Assembly (NCBI RefSeq): GCF_006345805.1
Contig: NC_043020.1
Span: forward strand, 3,224,001-3,288,000
Origin: Octopus sinensis
Taxonomy: Eukaryota
Reading direction: 5' to 3'
DNA length: 64,000 nt
Position 1 is the first letter of the stretch, and each line of letters starts with the position of its first letter. The notes beneath the pieces were generated by a model. That model saw nothing but the letters and a program-made list of their open reading frames with translations. It had not been told where the DNA came from and ran no database searches. The position numbers and the translations under genes are program-made. This document shows positions 1-12,889 of this stretch, piece by piece.

Positions 1-39
1 CACAAAATACAGTATAATAAAAACAAATGAATAAACTGA

Positions 40-215
40 AGAAAACCATGGACTGTTCCATTGGTTGTAGAAAATAGGTTCTGTTACCTAGGTGATATAA
101 CTAGATGGAGATAATGAAACCATAATTAATGAACAGGACTCAAAGGGATGAGGTCAAAGGAATTTGTTGGGCTGTTATTGTTTCTGCCGACATCAAAGGG
201 TTTCTCTTCCTTTCT
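40..215 (+). mobile_element. RTE LINE reverse-transcriptase fragment
   Basis: VVENRFCYLGD at 64-96 resembles the RTE post-RT EVVDxFCYLG motif. The rest is degraded. Confidence 0.35.
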
Positions 216-1301
216 TCTCAACAAACCACATTCATCAGTCAACATGTACATTGGTGAATCTCATGGCCACATGATAAATTATGGTTTGTAGTAGCAGTAG
301 CAGCAGCAGCATTGTATTGCTTTTAACTGAAACACAGATTACATTGGGAACAATTAATTGTTATTGTTGTTATTGTTGCTGTTATATTTACAAGATTCTT
401 TTTTTTTGTTTTGTTTCCCCAGTTACAAATATGGTGTATGCACATTTTATATAACAACTGCATTACACATAAAATACGGTTGCAGATATTGCTGTGAGGT
501 GAAGAAATCTGCTTCGCATCCCGGTGGTTTTGGGTTTGATCCCATTCTGTGGCATCTTGAGAAAGTGTTTTCTCCTTTAGCCTCTTGATTTCAATCTCAA
601 TGCCTTCTAGGTGAAACTTGATACACATAAACTATATGGAAGTCTATATTTGTATGTGTGTGTCTTTATATATATGTGTGTGTATATGTTTATTCATAGG
701 CATATACCTTGAGGTATATGTCTGTATGAACATGTATGCACACACATACACACATGAGTATGTGTATATGTGTGTAGGTATGTGTTTATACATACTGTCA
801 AGGCTACATTTTTGGCTTCCTTTATCTTATCTCATCCCTCTAAAACACCTATCACTCACCTCTCTTGTCCCTCTTAACACTCACCTGTCAATCAGCCATG
901 CTATTGTCACCCATCTCTCTTTTTCCTTTACCTTAATTACTCATCCCTTGACCACTGTCTGCTCTTTTCACACTTACTGTATTATGCTGTTGATGTAATT
1001 AAGGATCTCTTTGATCCACTGTACATTGTTTCCATGGGATCTACCTAGCCCCGCTTCCCAACATTCTTCCCTTCTCACTCTTATCTTTATCACCCAAGCT
1101 CTCTCACCATCTTAAGAGATATAATTGAGGAAACTCATCATCTTTTAGTTTAGGTGCAGCAGTAAAATGTAGCACATTCTATGAAATGGTTGGCACCAGG
1201 AAAGGCATCCAGTCATAGAAAACAAACCAAAAGTCAGTCTTTTGAGGAATATGTGATCTCTGACCCATCTGGGAGAGCAGCAATGACCATTTCAAACCAG
1301 T

Positions 1302-1610
1302 GGCAGATGGCAAGGTGAGCAGAAAATGTGCTTCAAAGATACACCCAGAGCCTCACTGAAGTGTTTTCAGATCAACCCTGGTATCTGGGAAATGCAGGCA
1401 CAGGAACACCCTGCCTGGCATAGCTGCACCAACAGAGGTGCCACCTCCTACTAACAGAATAGGATCGTAGGAGCACAAAGAAAACGTGAACTGTGCAAGT
1501 CCAGAGCCAAGTCCTTGCCTTGATTCCCAGCAGACCACCAGTGCTTGACCTGCAGCAGAACCCCTTCAGAGCATGCATCAGCCTGATCAGCCACAACCAG
1601 ATGCACTATG
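1302..1610 (+). mobile_element. RTE/BovB-like LINE, 3' end of ORF (decayed)
   Basis: GEQKMCFKDTPRASLKCFQINPGIWEMQAQEHPAWHS...RKRELCKSRAK...HQCLTCSR/FRACISLISH resembles the BovB-type C-terminus with a terminal zinc-finger-like motif. Stops and a frameshift are present. Confidence 0.75.
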
Positions 1611-1991
1611 AGCCACCTTCTTCTTCTCCCATCTGATATCTTTGGTTATTGATGACAATGACTGATGAAACATTATCATCATTAGCAAGGAAAATAGATG
1701 CAAAATGGCAACCAAGATGATGATTCCACACACACAGACACACACACAATGTGCATGTGTGTTTGTATGTGTGCACACACTTGTATCTCCACTTGTCTTT
1801 TCTGGGGTAGCCGTGACTTTTGTTCATGTCCTGCATAAACAATGTCCTGTAGCTGGAAAAACTGGATGTAAAAACAATGATAACGATTAATACAATAGTA
1901 AATTGAGATAATGAGGTAGCTTCTGCATGATTACTCAGTCTGCTAGAAATAGCAGCTGAATCTTCCCGTATCAAAATTGCCAACACATTAA

Positions 1992-2210
1992 CCCTTTCAT
2001 TACTGTATTTATTTTGAGATGCTGTGTTTTTTTCAATTATTTTAAATATGACAAAGAATTTAGTAAAATAACTTAGTTATCATTCAGCTAGTGTCAGTAA
2101 CATAAATTGTGACTAAGGTTTGGTGGAAGATTTTAATTCAAAACTTAAGAAAATAAAACATTTGTACTACAGAGCCAGAGGCGGTTTCGGCCGGGTTGGT
2201 ATCAAAAGGG
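1992..2210. mobile_element. piggyBac-like MITE
   Basis: TTAA|CCCTTT...AAAGGG|TTAA (TTAA at 1988-1991 and 2211-2214), 219 bp, non-coding. Confidence 0.65.
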
Positions 2211-2811
2211 TTAAACAAGGAAGAACTCATTGGGTAATCTCGTGCTGGGTTATTTAGAGTTGCTGTCTATCTGAGAGACAAGAGTTAAGCTAGTGTTAGC
2301 ATAGCATGCTTAATGTTGTGAGGTGGTCTTAGCAGGACTGCTTTTTTGATCATAGGTTTGTTCAGTCATGGTTTGCCTGGGGCTAAACTACCATACTAGC
2401 ATTACCACCACCAATGACAACAACATTAGCAAATAGTGACATCTTAGTAACATCTGGTAATGTATGAGACTCTCTAACATACGCACACATTAGCAATAAT
2501 ACATAATGCAATAAATGACTACACGAGTGGTTTATAGAGATAACCACACTCCCAGGTATTGGATCAGGGCTGGCTTGGGGTGGATGGGGTGGAGAATGAA
2601 TAACTACAACACCAGCAATAGTTACCATTTATTTGGTTTGGTCTGCTCCATTAGATATGACCTATGACCCAGGGCTACAGAAACCAATAACAGTTACCGA
2701 CAAGAGCATCCAAACAAACATAAAATCCATAAACCATTATTACCACATGTTACCAACATGGCTGAAACTTGCCTCCTGACCAAAGCCACCTGCTTTTCTC
2801 ATAAAATAATC

Positions 2812-2959
2812 ATCTCTTTTCTCTCTCTCTCTCCCCTGCTCTCTCTCTCTCTCTCCCCTGCTCTGGAAAATCTCTCGTCTCTATCCTCTCTTGCTCTCCA
2901 ACCCTTTCTCTGTCTTTGTCTCACTCTCTTTCTCTCCTCTTTTTCTCATCTCTTCTCTA

Positions 2960-2990
<31 letters not shown>

Positions 2991-3180
2991 ATTTTCTCTC
3001 GCTCTCCAACCCTTTCTCTGTCTTTGTCTCTCTCTCTCCCCTGCTCTGGAAAATCTCATCTCTATTCTCTCTTGCTCTCCAACCCTTTCTCTGTCTTTAT
3101 CTCGCTCTCTCTCTCTCCTCTTTTTCTCATCTCTTCTCTCTCTCTCTACTCTTTCCTTCTCTCTTTCTCTCTCTCTCTGT
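2812..3180. repeat. CT-rich higher-order minisatellite
   Basis: The subunit ctctccaaccctttctctgtcttt occurs three times and the block cccctgctctggaaaatctc twice, within (CT)n. Confidence 0.85.
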
Positions 3181-4474
3181 GAAACCACAATGGCCAACTG
3201 TCTATTATGATATTCTTCCAGCTTCATCTCTCTTGAGTGTTTGCTGTTGTAATGGAATCCTTTCAATCTTGCCCAATCAACCATGCAAGCTGTTCTTGCT
3301 TCAATTCACTCAAGTACCTGCTTTTTCTTGCTGTTTTTTTTTGTTTTGTTGTTGTTATCCCCCCCTCTCTCTCATTCACACACACTGGTGACCTTTTGCT
3401 GCCTGTCACTCTTCTCTCTCTCTTCCTCACCTTGTCATCACTCTACACCACTTTCCACACTATGTCTATCTTTATAATTAGAAATATATATTTATTGTGG
3501 ACTGTTCTGTTATTTGTAGAGTGAACAAAAAAAAATCCATCTCGTAAGAGATAAATATTATTTCAAAAATACAATTTAAATGTAAACTATTACAAGTTTC
3601 CTCCTTGGATCATACAATAATGGAACAAGCTTGGTTTATGAGTACACAGTATACTATAGCAGCTCATCCAACTTTTCTATGATCCAAACATGAAACTTAA
3701 AATAGCCCCTATTTAATCCTCATGTTTTTTTTTTATAAATCATATGTAGGTATACACCAAAACATTTCATATACCAAAATGACAATATGAAAGTACAAGC
3801 TGAGATTTATTGGTCACTACTTATGTAACAGGGAGGAGCTGGTGGCTGAAATTCTTCTGTGACAACTTTCTTAGGGGAAATGGTAGATTACCAGAACAAA
3901 AAAAAAAAACCCTCTTCAAACGACAAAGAACATCCATTTCTAATATACAGCTGAAATGAAAATTGTCCAACTCAGGGCTATGTGGAAAAAGCAGATGGAA
4001 AAAAAAACTGATGTGGATGATGATAATAATGATCTCTATAAATAACTTTGCACAGTTTTCAAAAAATATTCTTCCTAACCTTATGTCATATCATACCCCC
4101 TACCACACTTATTTTCGGTTATCTTGTTTTGCATAATAGTGTATGTGTGTGTGTGTGTACGTGTACACACACACACCACCACCACTAGTTTCCACATGTG
4201 ATATTTGCTGTCATTCACACTTACCATTTTATTTCTGTCTTGAACAAGATTATGATATTCCTTCTTTCTATAAATTCTCTTTGAGTGAATGGCACCAAAC
4301 ATTTTTTTTCTTCTCTTTTGTCCTGCTTCAAAGTCTTACTATTCTAATTTCAAATCTTTCCTAGCCTCTGGCTTTACCATTTTCCAACCATTCCAGCAGC
4401 AGGAGATACTCAGTTGGTGAAATAAGAATTAGAAATATACTAGAATATGATTTATTTTGACTCTATTCATATAT

Positions 4475-4477
<3 letters not shown>

Positions 4478-4535
<58 letters not shown>
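4478..4535. repeat. (CA)n microsatellite
   Basis: Direct reading. Many similar CA/TG, TA, GA and ATT tracts occur throughout the window. Confidence 0.95.
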
Positions 4536-4539
<4 letters not shown>

Positions 4540-5099
4540 GTTTCCTGTATCATTCTTGTATTTTATTTCTTTTCTCTCTCCACCCCAATTCACATCTCTT
4601 AGTCTTCCTACCATTGTAACTATTCCTGCCTCCATGTTCCACATTCTTGCTATTTCAATCACCAGTTTAATTTTAGCTCTGATCCTGTTTCCTTTGGTTT
4701 AAATAAATTTCTATTATTATTCCTTTTGAAAACTAGTTTAATTATTCTCCTTATTTGGCAATTGGTTCAAAATCTTTCAAAAAAAAAAAATGATTATTCA
4801 AATTGTTACCAAACATAATTTTATGTTTTGTTTTTTTCTTCGCTGTAGATTTTGCTATTCTCTATCTTCCTCTCTCTCCCTCTCTCTCTCTCTGATTTTC
4901 CGTACACACACACACACACACGTGCATGTATGCGTGCGCCCCCACACACAGCAGGGAAAACAGATGTTAAATGACAGCAACAACAGACACACATACATTG
5001 TCTGACAATGGCTGAGTTGCTCAAAACTTCAAAATCACTTCCAACATTATTTCTTACATAAGAAATAAGTCTGTACTCTGCAAAAGTACAGAGTAACCC

Positions 5100-5916
5100 A
5101 TCAGCTGGCAGAATCATTAGCACACCAGGTGAAATGCTTAGCAGCATTTCTTCTGCCTCTACATTCTGGGTTCAAATTCCGCTGAGGTCGGCTTTGCCTT
5201 TCATCCTTTCAGGGTCGATTAAATAAGTACCAGTTCTGCACTGGGGTTATGCAGTTATGAGCTTGTTCCTGTAGGCGGGAGAGAGGTACCTTCCTGAGGT
5301 GCCCTTGGCAGTCAGGATGATCCAGGATCATTGGGGTTCCTTGGTTTCCCTTAGGTGATACTCTTCCACTTTGTTGGTGACTTTTGACATCAATTTTGTT
5401 GTTAATTGTTATTGTTTAATTTTCCATTGTTCTTCGTATTCTCCCAAATGTTTTTTTCTTTTTAAAATTCTTGCAGCCATTGTTATAATTATTGATTTCA
5501 GATTTTGGCCAAAGACTGGCAATTGTGGGGGGAGGGTACAAGTTGATTACATCAAGACCAATGCTCAACTGGTACTTATTTTATCAACCCCAGGAGGATG
5601 AAAGGCAAAGTCAACTCCAGTAGCATTTGAACTCAGAAAATAAAGTCAGAAGAAATGCTGCCAAGCAATTTTCCCAGCACGGTAATGGTTCTGCCAACTT
5701 GCTGTCCTTACCATTGCCAGAATTATTAAGAGTAGCTTTTCATCTGTTTTTGACATTCTGAGTTCAAATTCTGCCAAGGCTCACTTTGCCTTTCATCCTT
5801 TCAGGGTCAATAAAATAAGTACCAGTTAAGCACTGAGGTTCAGTGCCATTAAGTTAACCCCTTCTCCAAAATTTTTGGCCTCATGCCAAAATTTGAAGCC
5901 ATTATTATTATTATTA

Positions 5917-5950
<34 letters not shown>

Positions 5951-6060
5951 TCTTCATCCTTTTTGGGTTGATAAATTAAGTACCAGTGAAACACTGGGGT
6001 CGATGTAATCAACTAGTCCCCTTTCCCAAAATGTTAGGCCTTGTGCCTTTAGTAGAAATG
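5100..6060. mobile_element. Cluster of SINE family B copies (5100-5250 +, 5560-5715 -, 5715-5895 +, 5950-6060 +)
   Basis: Shared core ttctgagttcaaattc...ctttgcctttcatcctttcggggtcgataaattaagtaccag, with (ATT)n tails. Confidence 0.7.
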
Positions 6061-6064
6061 ATTA

Positions 6065-6104
<40 letters not shown>

Positions 6105-6108
6105 GTTG

Positions 6109-6219
6109 TTTTTTCTTTTTTTCCAGGTGAGTGAAATATTATTTTACCATATTTTAAAATAAAATATGATCTAAGTGAGGAGGGTCTTTTTTACATCACT
6201 GAAAAATGGTACTGTAAGT
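6109..6219 (+). promoter_or_regulatory. Putative recursive splice site
   Basis: 16 uninterrupted pyrimidines at 6109-6124 ending in CC, then AG|GTGAGT at 6126/6127. Downstream donors GTGAGG (6175) and GTAAGT (6214). Confidence 0.45.
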
Positions 6220-6689
6220 ATGGTTATATTTTCTTTATAAGTTCTCTGATAAATGGCATCACATCCTGTACCAATTATTCTTTAGCAAGCAACAAATGAG
6301 GAATCAGGAATGCAATGTTTGACACTTGCAAAAACATACACAAAACAATTCTGTGGAATTAAAGAAAATCACAAGATATTTCTGCAACTTGTTGGTGTGC
6401 AATGTCAGCTGTATATAAACGAGTATGTGTATGTGTGCATGCATGCATACTTGTATATGTTTGTATTTAAATGTGTAGGGGGTAGAAATATGCATTTGTA
6501 TTCAAGTATTCCATAAATAAGCAAGCATTTAAACATGAATATATTGTCAAGAGTGTCTTACCTCTGGGATATCTTAGGTGTACATGTGTATATACATGTG
6601 TGTGTGTTTGCATGTATGTATGCATATATTTATATGTATATGCTAGTGTGTGTGTGTGTGTGAGTATTTTTCTTTTCTTTTGTGTTTCA

Positions 6690-7042
6690 TTCATTAAACT
6701 GCAGCCCATGCTGGGGCACCACCTTGAAGATCTTTTACTCAAATGAACCGAACCCAATGCTTGTTTTTAAGCCTGGTATTTATTCTATGAGTCGTTTTTT
6801 TGTTGAATCACCAAATTACAGGTTGTAAACAAACCCACACTGGCACAAAGACACATACTCATAGATGTATACATATTTATACAACAGGCTTCTTGCAGTT
6901 TCTGTCTACCAAATCCACTTAAGGTTTTGGTCAGCCTGAGGCTATAGTAGAAGACACTTGCCCAAGGTACTACATAGTGGAACTGAACTTGGACCCATGT
7001 CGTTAGGAAGCCATCTTCTTACCAGACAACCATGCCTGCACG

Positions 7043-7045
<3 letters not shown>
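6690..7045 (-). mobile_element. SINE family A
   Basis: Reverse-complement homology to 27859-28250. Confidence 0.7.
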
Positions 7046-7077
<32 letters not shown>

Positions 7078-7333
7078 TTACACACATATATAAAGCAAAA
7101 AACTTGTCTTTCTCACATACAACAAACAACTTATGAAAGACCATGCTATGCATGCTCCAGTTTCCTAAAACTTGTCAGATCTATTGAGGAATAATTATGT
7201 ACAAGAACATAACATGTGTATGGCTCTTCATCCTTCATGTGTGTTTACATGTTATCTCCCTCCCATGATGTGTATCACACTTCATCTTTTTCCCATCATA
7301 CGTAGAGTGACCTGCTGTGCTTGAGGAGACCTA

Positions 7334-7650
7334 TTGAGTCAAGTACATCAACATCAAAATAAATATCAAATGGAAATAGTAGTTGTGATACCTGTGCCGG
7401 TGGCACGTAAAAAGCACCAGCCGATCGTGGCTGATGCCAGCATTCCCTGGCACCTGTGCCAGTGGCACGTAGAAAGCACCCACTACACTGATGGAGTGGT
7501 TGGCGTTAGGAAGGGCATCCAGCTGTAGAAACTCTGCCAGATCAGACTGGAGCCTGGTGCAGCCTCCTGGCTTCCAGAGGACCCCTGTCGAACCATCCAA
7601 CCCCTGCTAGCATGGAAAATGGACGTTAAACGATGATGATGATGATGATA
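7334..7650 (+). mobile_element. RTE 3' UTR-type repeat with (GAT)n tail
   Basis: gtggcacgtaaaaagcacc...gttaggaagggcatccagctgtagaaactctgccagatcag...catggaaaatggacgttaaacgatgatgatg, shared with other copies. Confidence 0.7.
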
Positions 7651-7861
7651 ACATTGTCATGCTTCGTCTTTCTCCCACCACATGTCTCTTACATTTTGTT
7701 CCTTGCTCCCAATTTCATCCTTCACTTCTACATATGTATTTTACTTGGACTTGCATTTTCTACATGATGAAGACAGAGGACTTGGATTAGTGGGACCAGC
7801 TTTTTTTCTTTCTCTATCCAATAAATTGAGTTTGTTGTTTATCACCATCATTGTCATTTAA

Positions 7862-8340
7862 CATCCATTTTCTATGTCGGCATGGGTTAGATGGCTTGAC
7901 TGGTTAGATGGCTGCACCAGGCTCCAGTTGACTGTTTTGGCTTGGTTTGTACAGCTGGATGTTCTTCTAAATGTCCAATACTTTACAGAGGACTGGGTGC
8001 TTTTAACATGTCACTGGCACAGGTGCCTTTTATTTGTCTCCAGCTCTGGCAATGACCATAATTTCACTTAGCTTGATGTGTCTTCTCAAGCACAGCAAAT
8101 TGCCAAAAGTTTCGGTTACTTGTCATCACCTCCATGAGACTAAATAAATGGTGATCATATTTCACCACCTCATCCCATGCCCTCCTGGGTCTACCTCTTC
8201 TACAGGTTCCCTTCACAATTAGACATTGGGACTTCTTAATGTAGCTCTCCTCATCCATACCCATCGCATGACCATACCCGCATAGTCTCTCCTCTTGCAC
8301 ACAATATCTGATGCCTCTATCACACATGCACACTGACATT
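7862..8340 (-). mobile_element. RTE LINE 3' end (ORF C-terminus plus 3' UTR)
   Basis: GIRYCVQEERLCGYGHAMGMDEESYIKK...RRGRPRRAWDEVV...AVLEKTHQAK* followed by the shared UTR. Confidence 0.8.
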
Positions 8341-8416
8341 GCACACAATCAACAAATAAAGTGTGTAAACATACATGAATATGTGTGTCTGTGTGACCCC
8401 CTCCCCCATTGATACT

Positions 8417-8830
8417 TATTTCTTTATTGCCCACAAGGGGCTAAACATAGAGGGGACAAACAAGGACAGACAAGGGGATTAAGTCGATTACATCGACCCC
8501 AGTGTGTAACTGGTACTTAATTTATCGACCCCGACAGGATGAAAGGCAAAGTCAACCTCGGTGGAATTTGAACTCAACGTAACGGCAGACAAAATACCTA
8601 TTTCTTTATTACCCACAAGGGGCTAAACATAGAGGGGACAAACATGGACAGACATAGGTATTAAATCGATTACATCGACCCCAGTGTGTAACTGGTACTT
8701 AATTTATCGACCCTGAGAGGATGAAAGGCAAAGTCAACCTCGGTAGGATTTGAACTCAGAGCATAACGGCAGACAAAATATCGCTAAGCATTTTGCCCAG
8801 CGTGCTAACGATTCTGCCAGCTCGCCACCT
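8417..8830 (-). mobile_element. SINE family B head-to-tail dimer
   Basis: A full copy at 8830-8599 is followed by a headless copy at 8598-8417. Junction aaagaaatag/gtattttgtctgcc on the minus strand. Confidence 0.8.
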
Positions 8831-8916
8831 TTACTGATACTACCACCCCCACCACCCCTTCATTGTCATTGAGCCAATGCGCAAATAATCAGTGTTGATC
8901 TGTTTTTCCATACTAA

Positions 8917-9300
8917 GTGTAGGTGTGGCTGTGTGGTAAGAAGTTTGCTTTCCAACCATACAGTTCTGGGTTCAGTCCCACTGCATGGCATCTTGGGCAG
9001 GTGTCATCTACTATAGCCTCAGGCCTAACAAAGCTTTGTGAGTTGATCTGATGGATGGAAACTAAAAGAAGCCCATCATGTGTGTGTGTGTGTGTGTTTG
9101 TTCCTTACCACTGCTTGACAATCAGTGTTGTATATTTATGTGCCTGTAACTTTGCAGTTTGGCAAAAGAGATCAATAGAATAAGTACCAGACTTTAAGAG
9201 GGAAAAAAATAAGTGCTGGAGTTGAATCATTCAACTAGACTTCTTTAAGGTGGTGCCCCAGCATGGCCACAGTCTAAAATTGAAACAAGTAAAAGATAAA
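8917..9300 (+). mobile_element. SINE family A, full length
   Basis: Head, internal (TG)n and tail homologous to 27859-28250. Confidence 0.75.
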
Positions 9301-11154
9301 AGATTAGTGTGGGTAGGATATGTTTACCAGCCCTCATCCTTGCTCTCGCACATTTCTATTTCGTGGCATCTCTTGGATGAGACCTCATGTTTTGTTAGGT
9401 TTTCGTTTCTCAAGAATTTCCTTAATCTGACTTTTGCTCTGAGCAGAAACAAACTCCCAGTCACTCTCTTATCAATGTGGCATCCTCTGTTTACGTAACA
9501 AACTCAGTGAAACTAGATTAGTCATTTCTATTATGTAATCTGTTGATAGTTCTCGTCTCCTATTTTGCCCAGTTGCTCGTTAAAAAATGTATAATTAATC
9601 TGTTAAGTGTGTGTGTGTGTTTCTGCTTGTTAACGTGTGCTCATATCTCTTCATTTCTACCCCTCACGTGAAAATTGATATTAAGCTAAACAGAAGCAAG
9701 ATTCTGTTTATTTGTGCATGTAAATATGTGCATCTGTATGCATATGCTTGCACATAAATATGCATTTGTGCATATGTATTCACATAAATGTGCTTATGTG
9801 CACATACTAAACATATGAGGCATTTCCTGTCTTGCAGCTTACTTCATGACCCCACTAGTGCTATTGGGCCATGAATAAAGCACCAGTGGTTGGTATTAGT
9901 TAGGAAGGGCAGAAAATGTGATGGCTGACACTGCAGCCCCATGGGTCGCCTGATCCTCTCAAACCATCCAACTTATGCCAGTGTAGCAAATGGACATTAA
10001 ATGATGATAATAATGGGGCCAGCTACTCACTCCAGTTTTTTTTTCTTCCCCCACCCCTAGCGCCAGCTCCATCATCACTGTGTTTCTTTTTGGCCTGTAC
10101 TGAATGGGTTTGCAATAGAATAAATTGTAATTCTGTATGGTATCAATTGTAAGGTCTTAATTCTGACATTGCGTCGGCTTCCTGTATCATCCCTGATTTG
10201 CCATGTGTAGTTCCTTCTGCAGGCAACTCTAAGCACCATATCAACCATTGCTGTTTTGCTCCTTCTCAACTCTGATCAAGCAACACCATTCAAGCTATGT
10301 GGAGTGTCTCATTTTGCAGCAGAGTGCCCAGAACTATATTATACAATATGTTCTTTCGTTATCTAAGATAGTACGATGTAATTTGAGGAAGATTTGGTTC
10401 TATTTCTAGCAGGTTTAACAACTGGGTAGAATCTCCCACATTGGCTCTGGTTGAGCGACCTCACAAAAGCTTCCTCATTGGCTCAGGTTGGGTGACTCCA
10501 TAGAAATGGCTGCTTTCTACAAAGCAATACATGTCTACACCAGCACATCCTCATCTGCAATGCACACAGCTTTCCACTTATAATATTTTGGCATTTTCTC
10601 ATCTCACACGTATGTGATCCTGATTTCACAGTGAGACTAAATACTTATAGATAGGTGTCAGCATACACACACACACATACACTCAACCATGAAAGCAAGT
10701 TAAATTGTACTCCCTACAGCTAAGACACTCCTCTAATTTCCTTCTAACTTATGTCTACCTCTGCACTCTCCTTGTGGTTTTCTTCTTCTGCAAAATCACA
10801 CTTCTTACACATATTCTCCACACCTACAGCCTCACAAACACCTCTGATTTCTCTATAAGCTCTGTCAATTTCACATTCACTGCTCTGCCATGCAAAATTA
10901 CACACTTCTCTTACCTACACACGCATACACACTGTACATTCAGCTAACACACACACACACACCTCTTACGTCTCTCTAACTGCTACAAATCTTCTCACGT
11001 TCACTGAGCGGATCACAAAGATACACATCACACTTCTTACGTTTGGCTCTTATTCCATTTCATTATTATTTTTTCTTTTTAATATTATAGCACCTCTTGA
11101 GGGGGTCTGTTTATTTATTAGCTCAGTGTGCAAAGAAAGCACTGATGTAAAGTG

Positions 11155-11190
11155 CTTTTTTTCTGTTTTGTCTTTAAATTACAGGTAAAA
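11155..11190 (+). promoter_or_regulatory. Weaker candidate recursive splice site
   Basis: tttttttctgttttgtctttaaattaCAG|GTAAAA at 11184/11185. Confidence 0.25.
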
Positions 11191-11869
11191 CATTGATTTT
11201 CCACAACGTTTGATTCCAAAGCCTATCAATTACTGATTTTCTTCTCAAGAGGTGGTCACCTTGATCAACGCAAACTATATTAAGCAAATATTAAATTTAC
11301 TTAAACAATAGGTGTAGGCATGGCTGTGTGGTAAGGAGCTTCCTTCACAATCACATGGTTCTGGGTTCAGTCCCATTGCGTGGCATCTTTGCCGGGGGTG
11401 GGGGGGGGGCGACGAACAAAGCCATGTGAGCAAATTTGGTAGATGGAAGATTAAAGAAAGCCCCCTCGTGTGGCTTTCATCCTTTTGGGGCCAATAAATT
11501 AAGTACCAGTGAAACACTGGGGTCAATGTAAATTGACTTGTCCCCTCCCCCAAAACTGCTGCCCTTCTGGCAAAATTTGAAACCATTCTTATTATTAAGG
11601 CAACAAGCCAGCAGAATCGTTAGTGTGCCTGATGAAATGCTGAGTGGCATTTCGTTTGTCACCAAATTCTGAGTTCACATTCCACACACATTGCCAGAAG
11701 GGAAAGTAGATATGATGGTTACTTACACAGTCAGTCAGATAGATACGTAGGTAGGTAGCTAGGTTTGTAGGTGAGTGTACAGGTATATCAATAGTTATGC
11801 AAATGGGTGGAGAGTGAAAAGTGTAAGGTTTTAACTGAGCAAATCACACCCAAGACTCATTTGCAAGCC

Positions 11870-11983
11870 TAGCTCTTATTCTATCAGTCTCTTTTGCCCA
11901 ACCGCTAAGTTACAGGGATGCAAACGCACCAACACCGGTTGTCAAGTGGTAGTGGAGGTCGAACAGACACAAAGAGACACACA

Positions 11984-12034
<51 letters not shown>

Positions 12035-12180
12035 GACGGGCTTCTTTCAGTTTCTGTCTACTGAATCATCTCAAAGGCTTTAGTTGGCCCGAGGCCATAG
12101 TAGAAGACACTTGCCTAAGGTGCCATGCAGTGGGACTGAACTCGGAACCATATGGTTGGGAAGCAAGTTTTTTACCAATA
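11870..12180 (-). mobile_element. SINE family A with expanded (TA)n
   Basis: cgacgggcttctttcagtttctgtctac...gtgccatgcagtgggactgaactc. Confidence 0.75.
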
Positions 12181-12596
12181 CCCACACACACACACACCTA
12201 AGTGATACGCACATCAATGAAATCAAGCTGTATTGTAAATCAACAGAAGATATTAGTCATAATTGCTGTCAGTAAAGCCAAAATCTTTGTGTCATGGATG
12301 ACTGCATAGAATTTGAAGTGTTTTGTTATTCGCTTATTCCTTTAGTACCCCCCCCCCCCCTCAGTTTGAACCTTTGACCATTCTGACAGAAAATATCAAA
12401 AAGGAAGAAAAAAAAGCAAGTCTTTTATTCTTTACCCCCCCCCCCCATCAGGTCCATTTTCTGATTTTGAATTAATTATTCATAGCTGAGTGCATTAATA
12501 TATTCAATGTGTTTGTTTGATTAGTAATTATGTTTAATGTGTGGGTTGTGGTGGGTTGCATTGTGTGTTTTGGTATCCTGTGATGATTGACTTGAC

Positions 12597-12839
12597 CAGT
12601 GGTCCTCAACTGGGGTCCCTATAAGAATTTTGCCTCTTAAAATTTATGTACAATAAATTAAGTTCTACTTCTAGAAAGCACAAAATGTTTTAACAAGTTT
12701 TGTATCCAGTCCCTAATAATATTTAACTATTAAAAATACAATAGGATTTTTTTAAAACGTCAACTGGCCATAGGGGTCAAGTAGAATAAAGTAGGGGTCA
12801 GAGAGGGGTCCATAAGTAAAAAGGGATTGGGAAACACTG
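12597..12839. mobile_element. hAT-like MITE
   Basis: Imperfect TIRs CAGTGGTCCTCAA / TTGGGAAACACTG. No intact 8-bp TSD. Confidence 0.5.
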
Positions 12840-12889
12840 GTGGGTTGTGTGAGATATGTTAAATTATTTGGTCGTTGGTACTTGACATT

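Noticed and set aside
10223-10366. Exon-like segment ATLSTISTIAVLLLLNSDQATPFKLCGVSHFAAECP...
   Set aside because: It has an acceptor but no donor before the stop. The zinc-knuckle or peptide-precursor resemblance is incomplete.
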